Source: Novakomyces olei
Lineage: Eukaryota
NCBI GenBank assembly: GCA_016906335.1
Contig: JADEYG010000015.1
Coordinates: forward strand, 62,001 to 126,000
DNA length: 64,000 bases
Reading direction: 5' to 3'
How positions within the stretch are numbered: the first letter of the stretch is position 1; each line of letters opens with the position of its first letter. The notes under the pieces were generated by a model. The model ran no database searches, was not told where the DNA came from, and saw only the letters and a list, made by a program, of their open reading frames with translations. The position numbers and the translations under genes were made by a program. Below, piece after piece: positions 1-8,508 of the stretch.

Positions 1-495
1 GCAACATCCTCCGAATCGACTGTGAGCCGGTCGTCTAGAAGCTCAGTAGGGCAAAACGAGTTTCGGCTTAAAGTACTCGGGCGCGATAGCCTTGGATGCT
101 TGGTCTCCCATGACAGGGATCCGATTCCACTGGAGGCCTGCCATATTGTGCCATACAGCCTGGGACAGGTGTTTTTGGATCGCTTAACTGATTTCGCGAA
201 TACAGGAGCGAGCGTTGGGCTGTACAGTCCGAGGAACGGGCTGACGCTAAACAAAAGCTTACACGCCATGTTTGATCGGTATCAGTTTGGTATCTGGGTT
301 GAGGACGGGGTATACTATGTGCACTCGTTTTATATGGGCGGGGGCAAGTACCACGGCGAGCGGCTCCGGTGGTTCGTAGACGTCACTGATTCTGAAAAGC
401 CTGATCCCTGCTTACTGGAATGGCACTACAAGCAGTGTACCATGGCACGGTTCCGGGGATTCAAGGTGCCAATGACAGAGTACGATACCCGCTAA
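1..495 (+). CDS. Fungal HNH endonuclease (HNH_2-type), 5'-truncated by the window edge
   Basis: Frame 1 is open from base 1. Motifs FRxxVLxRD-x-C-V, EACHIVP, SPRNGLTLxxxLHxMFD and PDPxLLxWHYxQC are typical of fungal HNH proteins. Confidence 0.8.
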   Translation, partial: ATSSESTVSRSSRSSVGQNEFRLKVLGRDSLGCLVSHDRDPIPLEACHIVPYSLGQVFLDRLTDFANTGASVGLYSPRNGLTLNKSLHAMFDRYQFGIWVEDGVYYVHSFYMGGGKYHGERLRWFVDVTDSEKPDPCLLEWHYKQCTMARFRGFKVPMTEYDTR

Positions 496-2001
496 CGCTC
501 CCTCGCTGACTGTGTGTACAAGGGCACGCTGACCTGATGACATACGGCTCTGATATACTCTTGTATGGGCACACCGTAGAATTGGTCTTGCTTGTTTAGC
601 AGTAGGCAAACCATTTATCCAGAGTCAAGCTTTTCTTGTATACTTATCCACCTCGATTTGACGCTACAAGAAATTGCCTGGCACTATTAAGCTGGACTAA
701 TATTATAATCGTCAAATGGGCATGAGTCTAGACCGCCAGCTGTGGCTTTGCTAGCAATGCGGCAGCAGGCGGAGATCGTGGATTGGTCGGTTTTGTTCAT
801 TCGTGATTTGCTGATATTGTCTCGTTTTTCATATGGATCAGGATCATGGTACAAGATCTTACAAATTCTTTGGAAAAGTCTGAAGACGGAAAGTGCAGTC
901 GTTTGCACTCATGGGCAAGGCAAGGCCATTGTCAGCAATGGCAGACCGTTACCACAGTCAAACGAGGCAGTTTACATTGTAAAAGAGGTCTGTAAAGGCA
1001 AGTCTTGGCCAGTCTTACTGGCAAGGCTCCCTTTGCTCTCGAGTATGAGGTCGAATTGTACGATGAAGAGTCGAGACTGGTTTCGCGGGAGAGCCAGACT
1101 CTGCAGTCTACGAGCGTTAATGTCTGCCTCGTCACTGTGGGCCTGGGCAAAGCAAGATCTATACCTCCAAGCCAGGGACTTTTTGTTACCAGCTCACTGC
1201 TCTATCAAGTGCCTTTACAGGACTGGCTCTTTTGACGCTAGGCATAGAGGCGAAATTGAAACTGACGCTAGTCTTGTCAGCACTACAGTGTCAGATTATT
1301 TGCTGGTACGATGTACAACACAGAGCCCGAGAGGAGGCTCGATTAGTACGCTGCCGAATAAGCTAATGCGCGAATTGCGTTACTGTCTTGAATGGTACCA
1401 GATTGGATTAAACGTGCATGTTTTTACAGTTACTCTACATATACATAGACATAATTTTAATAGTACAGCATTATAAATAGACAAAAAATCATATTTGAAT
1501 TATAAAGTGATTGTTCAGGTCCCCCTGACTAACCCTGGCACTTGACAGCGCTCTTAAACCCTCAAATGCCAAGCAGCAATAAGGTGTATTATGGTATAAT
1601 TTGATTACATTTACTGTACATTTTTTGTCACATATTGTATGTTTATACGTATCTTGACCGCCTCAATATGTCCAGTCAATTATAGCTATAATATTCTTAT
1701 TATATTATTGACTATTTGTATTTAAAGTGCGCAAAATAAAATCACAGAACGCGATTAGTGCTATTACTTGTTTGGAACACAGAGAACGAAAACGTGCCTT
1801 AATACATTAGACTGACCAATCACATACGGCCCTAAAATTGATATATCGGCCAAACAGGTCGATCGTCACGAAAACAGGATCTGCCTCAATTTCGAGTGTC
1901 GGCACCGACGATTATGAACACGAAAACAGGACCAGCGTGACTCATTTATGAACTTTTACACGTTTTCGAAACAAATAGTGGGGTAATGAAAGGGGTAATG
2001 A

Positions 2002-2224
2002 AACGTTTCTGTGATCAAAGTCGAATTTTTTGGATCATTTTACGCGTTTTCGTGATTGAAATTGAGGGAATTAGAACGTTTCTGTGATCAAAGTCGGATT
2101 TTTGGAGAATTTCGTCCGTTTTCGTGATTGAAATTGAGGGAATTAGAACGTTTCTGTGATCAAAGTCGAATTTTTGGAGAATCTTATCCGTTTTCGTAAC
2201 CATAATTGAGAACGTTTTTGTGAT
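2002..2224. repeat. Tandem repeat, ~72-bp unit, about 3 copies plus a partial fourth
   Basis: AACGTTTCTGTGATCAAAGTCG recurs at 2002, 2075 and 2147; a degenerate start recurs at 2211. Confidence 0.9.
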
Positions 2225-2289
2225 TGCTAATTTGCCAAGGGCCTCATGGCCAGGGTATAAAGCCAGGTGGTTTCGCTCCCTTAGTTCTC

Positions 2290-3050
2290 CATCCTTCAGG
2301 ATCCCGAGGTCCGGACGCTATTTCCCGCACTTGTTTGTCACCTGGTAAATCACCTTTAGCCGGGGTACGGACTCTGTCCGCTCAAACTTGTGGTTTCAGG
2401 GCTTGTTTTCCGCTCGGTAATGGGTGTTCGATACCGGCGTGCCTTTCCTCCCTTTTTTTGGAGTCTTTCCAGGTTTTTCGGTGATTTTTTGGCCCTGCAT
2501 TGACTTTGGAGACGGCACGTTCGGGGCCCCTCTATGTCTCAGGTCCGGACAAGGACTACCGCTATCGCCGACTGTGGCTTTAGGACTGGGCAGATTTCCG
2601 CTAGGCATAGAGGGGTGGCTTTGGGCTAGTTGATTTGGCATGTGGCAGTTGTATTGCGTTGGAACACGGTTTTCCATGCATTGGCCTAATTTCCATTCCG
2701 CTTGTACGGCAAGATCGGGCTTCATCAGTTTCTGTGCTGTATAGCCAGCTGGGGGGTGCTCTCAAGCATTGATCTTGTTTGTATTGAGCTGGAGCACTAT
2801 GGATTTGAAAGTTGATCTTGGAGGGACACCGCTGGCCTAGTGCTCACAGCAGGACCTTACCGCTGGTGACCCACTCTTATTGTTCTGATTGCTATTTGCA
2901 CCGTTGTGTGTATTCGTTCAATAATAGAGTCACAACGTCCACCGGCGCATATAACCCGTCAGTGCCTTAGAGATCCCTCTGACCGACACCTCTTATACTG
3001 ACACGCGGTGAATCTAATTCATCAGTGTCACATGAGATGTGCCGGTGAGT
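2290..3050 (+). ncRNA. Candidate structured non-coding RNA of unknown class (boundaries approximate)
   Basis: TATAAA at ~2256. Helices 2434-2448/2508-2524, 2527-2539/2603-2615, 2873-2882/2919-2930 and 2940-2950/3037-3047, three of them with G-U pairs on the + strand. No credible ORF. Confidence 0.4.
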
Positions 3051-3525
3051 ATTGAGGTCTTTTTTATGTAGATTTCCATAGGTTTCTAGCGCAATAATAA
3101 ACTGGTTTGAACATCAAAATCATCTACACGGCTAATTTATTTGCTTCAACATGTCTGGTTCGTTATACATTCTTCTCTTGTTGAAAACTCTTGGAGCCTT
3201 CTTTTATTTGGCTTCTAATCTCATGCTACTGATAAATTACAGACGGTCAAGATGAAAAAAACGAATACAGCACTCGTGATATGGGAAGTACTGGAGCCCT
3301 TAGCGTCAGGATTGGTCGCGTCACTAATGTGAAGCTTGCAATGAGCCCTGCCGCGTCGAATTATGTTCATGTTTCATTCTGCAACTACACTATACAGCAT
3401 ACAAACCTCTCTAATCTGGCCTCAAAATAGTCTTGAAACATTCATTTAAAAATTGAACATTGCTTATTCATAAATTAACTATCATACAACCAAAACTTTG
3501 GACATTTTTTCCCGATTGGCGCCCA

Positions 3526-5391
3526 TCACGAACCGCCAATATTAACCTCTGGAACTTCGTTGTCTGCATTCTTTGGCACAACAATTTGTAACGTGACACC
3601 TGTCTGTGACGCCTGCACGATAATATTTATATTCCCCGTGCTCACAGTTATCGGTGGTGGAGCATTAGTGCCCCTTGACCCCTCTTCGTCATGCTCCTGG
3701 GGCTCAACTCGGACCCCATTTACCTTGCCAATACGCTTCCCATTGTTATCGCGAATAATATTGTCTGCTTTACCACCCTTTTCCTTCTCCTTGCCGGCCT
3801 GGCCTGCCTCGATACCTTCGGCTCCGCCAAACACAGAGCCCACAAGATCATCTGCGGTTCCAACTTTATTTCCATCGGGATCACGGACGACTCCCTCATC
3901 GTCAATAGACATATTTTTGAACTCTGACAGCGCTCCAGGCGCCTCCCCCAAATCTTTACCATCGCGATCAATGACATGTCCCTTGTCGTCGATAGAAAGT
4001 CCATTCAGGCCGCCGGGTTGACGTGCTTTCTCCATCAACTTACGGCCTACATCAGAGTTTTTGGCATAATGTTGGGCAATTCCCATATAACCTTTTGCAC
4101 CGGTGCTCGCTTGTGAAGCCAGGCTCTTTAAAGACCCGCCAATACGTCCAAACCCAAACCCTCCTCCTCCGCTCTGTGCCTTGTCGGTCGTTTCTGCAGC
4201 TTTGCCTTTAGCATCTGAAGCAGAATCAGCGACTTTGCCCTTCACATCGCCAAGAGCACCACCAGCAGTGTCCTCGGAATCACTTTCCTCTTGCTCAGAG
4301 CCTTCAGACTCGGACTCAGACTCGTCATCTTGTTCGTTGTGGCCATTGGTCTTTTCACTATTCCCAAACAGCGAAGGAGCAGCGTTTCTCACCTGCTCGG
4401 GTAAAGATGCACCTCGGCCATAAGCTCGAGCACGTTCAAGAGCGTCTTTCCTTGTCTTTTCCACGTTCTGTTGTACTTCCTCGGGCAGTTTCCCACCGGC
4501 TTGCTTGGCCTTTCCAGCAATATCGTCTCCGCCAGCTCCTCCTGCCACGTCAGAGATTTTGTCTTTGGCTCCACCAGCTGCTCCAGCAGCAGTATCCTTG
4601 GCTCCACCGGCCACTCCAGCAGCAGTATCCTTTGCTCCACCAGCTGCTCCGGCAACTTTATCTTTGGCTCCGCTGGCCAAATCGCCAACACCGCCCAACT
4701 TACCGGTTAATCCTCCTACTGCGTCCCCACCAGCATCAGATTTTGAGCTCTTCTTCTTCTTGCCAGAGCTGCTGGCCGGTGTAGTTCCATTATGATGCTT
4801 CTTCTTTTTCGTTCCCGAGCTCACTTTGCTCGGGGTTTCTTCCGCTCCCTCTGCATCGCCGGCCTTGGGCGTTTTTGGCGTTTTTGGCGTTTTAACTTTG
4901 CCGCTCTTTGCCGAGCGATGATGGTGGTGGTGGCCCTCTTCAGCCTCACCGTTTTTCTTTGGCGATTCGTCCTCCGCTGGTGCCATTACGACCTTGTGAA
5001 AAGCAAAAGCAACTGGGTACGCTAGTGTATGAGCTGTTGCACGAAGGCACCAGATATAGCCGTGCACAAGAGCGACTGGGACAGACGCTCCCAGTGAAAA
5101 GGCCTGTGCTACGTAAGACGGCTGCTGCGATTGGGGAGGCTCTCTCCGCGCCCTTAAGGGTGACGAGAAATCTGGATCAGAGTACGACCTGTCGGACCGT
5201 CTGTCGGGACCTTGTTGCCGAGATTCAGGCTCCGCTGACTCTGCTCGTTTCAACTTGTCTGCGCCAGTAAGAGCAGTGTTGCGTGTACCACTACTGCCGC
5301 TGACTGTATGATTGTCAGGACTCTGGACGGCTCTGCTTCCGCTACTGTCGTCTGCCCCACTAATATATGCGGGTGAGGCGGCTGATGTCAT
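3526..5391 (-). CDS. DUF3659/'LEA-like' Gly/Ala/acidic protein with a C-terminal beta-rich motif
   Basis: Long ORF; the first ATG is at 5391 (an alternative start is at 4986). AGGAKDTAAG repeats, IDDKGHVIDRDGKDLG and IDDEGVVRDPDGNKVG repeats, and a C-terminal INIIVQASQTGVTLQIVVP. Confidence 0.8.
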   Translation of the reverse strand: MTSAASPAYISGADDSSGSRAVQSPDNHTVSGSSGTRNTALTGADKLKRAESAEPESRQQGPDRRSDRSYSDPDFSSPLRARREPPQSQQPSYVAQAFSLGASVPVALVHGYIWCLRATAHTLAYPVAFAFHKVVMAPAEDESPKKNGEAEEGHHHHHRSAKSGKVKTPKTPKTPKAGDAEGAEETPSKVSSGTKKKKHHNGTTPASSSGKKKKSSKSDAGGDAVGGLTGKLGGVGDLASGAKDKVAGAAGGAKDTAAGVAGGAKDTAAGAAGGAKDKISDVAGGAGGDDIAGKAKQAGGKLPEEVQQNVEKTRKDALERARAYGRGASLPEQVRNAAPSLFGNSEKTNGHNEQDDESESESEGSEQEESDSEDTAGGALGDVKGKVADSASDAKGKAAETTDKAQSGGGGFGFGRIGGSLKSLASQASTGAKGYMGIAQHYAKNSDVGRKLMEKARQPGGLNGLSIDDKGHVIDRDGKDLGEAPGALSEFKNMSIDDEGVVRDPDGNKVGTADDLVGSVFGGAEGIEAGQAGKEKEKGGKADNIIRDNNGKRIGKVNGVRVEPQEHDEEGSRGTNAPPPITVSTGNINIIVQASQTGVTLQIVVPKNADNEVPEVNIGGS

Positions 5392-5997
5392 TGCTCTGAT
5401 GTCATATATGGAGATATTACGCGTGCGCGCGACCGCGTTTATATGCACCGATCTCCACAAAAGTAGCCTTTTGCTTGTATTACCGCCTCTTCCGTATGCG
5501 GAAGGCAAGAGAAACTGTAATAATTGGTGCACTATATCTACAATTCGTCAGAAACAGTAACCTGCACGGTAAAACGCGCCGCTGCTGGTATCAAAAGTAA
5601 GATAACGTTTCATATTAGTCTAACAAATCATGTTAGTCTACGAATCATATTAATCTAACAAATCATATTAATCTAACGGATACTTTTGCTACAACGAATA
5701 ATGTAATATTATTTTCCTCACCAGCGCTCACTATACACACAGCGAAAATTTGTCTTTCTCTAATCTTATTTTCCAGATCATCGATCGAATATTCCTAATT
5801 TTAATTTGATTACTTCATTTCTACTGGTCGACAGATTAGGAACTAGCCACCTTTTTCAGTCAGTGTCGCATTAATTTATTTCAGCTTTGCGAATACAATG
5901 CCAATGATGTCATGCATCTCAAGGTATAACTGAGCCGTGGCATCTTCGCACTAGCCATTCTTGTTTGTTTTAGTTCGTCAGTAAACCGACTGCAGAT

Positions 5998-6381
5998 ATG
6001 GCAAATGCAGAGGAAACTCGTCCGGCACGCAAGAAGGGCTCGAAAAAGACCCGCACAAAACAAAAACAAAAACCCGGATCCGATGTCAGTCCCATCGCAA
6101 ATCAGTCTCCGCGAGAAGAGAAGCAAATGATGGCCCAACGGGACCGGCTTGCCGAGAATCATGCGCAGCAAAACGGACGGCAGGACGAGGACGATAATGC
6201 GGAAGAAGAAGAAGAGGACGATGACGATGACGATGGCGGCAAGCAGCCATTGCGTTTACGGCTCGATCTAAATATAGAAGCCGAAGTTCAGCTTAAAGCT
6301 AAACTTCACGGTGATGTGACTCTTAGTATGCTGTGAGTGGTTTTGCCTGTTGTATCCCACACTGACAGTTTTAGTGGATGA
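5998..6381 (+). CDS. Small basic/acidic protein with C-terminal LRLRLDLNIEAEVQLKAKLHGDVTLSML motif
   Basis: ORF 5998-6336. Probable intron 6333-6374 (GTGAGT..CTGAC..TAG) and a 7-nt last exon ending TGA at 6381. Paralogue of 6690-7295. Confidence 0.8.
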
Positions 6382-6689
6382 ATCGCTTGCACAAATCTAC
6401 GATCGGATAATGAGCAGTATCTATTGTAACGAATATTTAATTACGATAATATTTAATTCATAAAAGTAGACAATTGTAGAGCATTCAGGTTTGATAAAAA
6501 TTTGATTCCTAAAGTGACATTGTAAAGACGATTTAATTACGATGATATTTGATTTTAAAAAGATACATTAAAGAATACTAGAGCGATTATCGCCAATTTA
6601 ATCATTTCAATGTCATTAAAATACAGCACTAGATAGGTCTAGTCGATCGTTTTCAGGAGCAGGGCTACACTTCACCGCAGAGATATACA

Positions 6690-7295
6690 TCATCGCCTAG
6701 GCACTTTATAAGTAAGCTGATGCGAAATCAAATAGTAAACAGTAAAAACTTACAGAAGTGACAGCGTTACATCACCATGCAACTTTGCTTTAAGCTCAAC
6801 TTGAACGTCCAGGTTCAAATCGAGACGGAGTGACAAAGGACTGTCGTTCCCTTGCTTTTTCGGCTTGCGTTTTCCGCCCACAGCTTTGCCTGCCGTGTTT
6901 GATACAGTATCTGTTGCCCCACGGACAGTTTCTTTCCCTTGTTTAACGGCACCATCAGCAAGCTGTTTGCCTTGGTTTGCCGTGCTTTCCACTTGCTTGG
7001 GCGCACTTTGCACTAATTGCCCAACTGTATCTTCATCCTCTCCTTCTTCTTGTTCCTCCTCTTCGTCGTCGTCATCGTCCTCCTCTTCGTCATCTTCTTC
7101 TTCTTCGTCGTCGTCATCTTCGTCGTCTTCTTCCTCACTTTCGTCATCCTCCTCCTCCTCCTCTTCGTCAGAGTTCTCTAGTCCACTATCAGGCTCCGGC
7201 TGCTGTGCATTTTTCCCATTTTTTGGTTTTGGCTTTGTCGCCTGTTGTGCGTGCTTGGGTCGTGAGGGCGATGGCTTTGTTGCAGTTTCTGCCAT
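6690..7295 (-). CDS. Acidic protein with C-terminal LSLRLDLNLDVQVELKAKLHGDVTLSLL motif
   Basis: ORF 6750-7295 with a long D/E tract. Probable intron 6753-6697 (GTAAGT..TAG) at the same codon position as in the paralogue, then a 7-nt exon. Confidence 0.8.
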
Positions 7296-8508
7296 GATTG
7301 TTTATTGCGGGAGCTGTCACTCGTCCAGATTCGTGCGCCTGTTATATATTCGTGTCCTTAATATAGACTTTTGCGCAACTGACATTTTCTCCTGACATTT
7401 TTTCGGGAACTCTTTGCTGTTGATTAACCCAAACAGGATTGAGGCTCATTTGAGTCTGAGTATTATGTCATAGCCCACTTTGTAATAATTTCCGCGGTCA
7501 TCGACATCTCTCTTCTATTACTTTTAAACATTTCACACCCGGAAAGGGTTTAGGAAGTTGTTTGCTGCACCCGTGTATCTATTGGTATGTAAATTTGTAT
7601 TATGAAATAAAGGCTTTGGTTAAATTTAGCGATTAGTGTAAAGCGGGTCTCAGGTTTAGTGAATGAACGGGGTGGAGCGTGCGATCTCTGCTGCATGCGG
7701 ATCCAATTGACTATGTTTTTATGTTTTACAGTGTAGTGTTTCGCTAAAGATACTTGGCGGTAGTTAATGTACTCACGTCATTTCGTAATACCAGCCAGCA
7801 ATATAGCCGTGAAGGGAAGAGCGCGTGACTTGGTACTTATTCATTTGGTACTCTATACGAATGTCCCACACAGTGAATGTCCATTACCAGATACAGTCTG
7901 TTGCTCACAGCTCATACTGCTCACAAACTATATTCGTATCCAGCGGTAAGAGTAGATGCGTTGTATACAACTATCGGCATCTATGTTTCAGACTTACTGT
8001 CCTCGCATTTTGTCGATTGTGCTCTGAAACGGCAATGTACTCCCTTGATTGTGCCTATTTCAAAGCGGCAATATACTTTTACAGACACTGCCTCGCCAGT
8101 CTGCTGTCGCAACTCCCTATTAATTTTGTACGTACCCAAAAAAGCCGGGGAGCTTCTCTAATATCAGTCCCGTCCGTATCAGGAAATGATCAAACATTCG
8201 AAAAAGAAAAATAACGTCACTGATCGCGCCCGCGCAATAATCGACACGATAGCATATTAACAAGAAATATGAATAAACAAGAAATGAATAAACAAAAAAT
8301 AATAAAAGATGTGTGGAGACGTCTTGATGAAGACGTCATTGCTAAGCCGTAAACGTCAGAGGTTCGTTACACTTGTGTATAAGAAGAGGCGTCCTGAAAC
8401 CGAGTTTGGGGTTGTATTGATTTGAAAAGAGCAAAAGTCAACAAAAGGCTTTTATTTCTTTCATATAGTACTTTTGAGCAGGGCGAATAATACACACGAC
8501 AATTCCGA

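Noticed and set aside
742-1476. 244-aa ORF
   Set aside because: Non-ATG start, no recognisable motif, and atypical composition; at most partly coding.
1515-1571. TCAGG/CCTGA hairpin followed by CTAACCCT, resembling a telomerase template with a boundary helix
   Set aside because: The match is short, ordinary AT-rich intergenic DNA follows, no pseudoknot was seen, and similar motifs are scattered through the window. Worth revisiting only if a transcript spans 1500-3050.
2002-2224. CRISPR-like appearance of the spaced repeats
   Set aside because: The intervening sequences are themselves near-identical (a tandem repeat), the context is eukaryotic, and there are no cas genes.
2539-2556. TCAGGTCCGGA resembling SRP RNA helix 8
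   Set aside because: Lacks the GNRA loop and the AGCAG partner strand.
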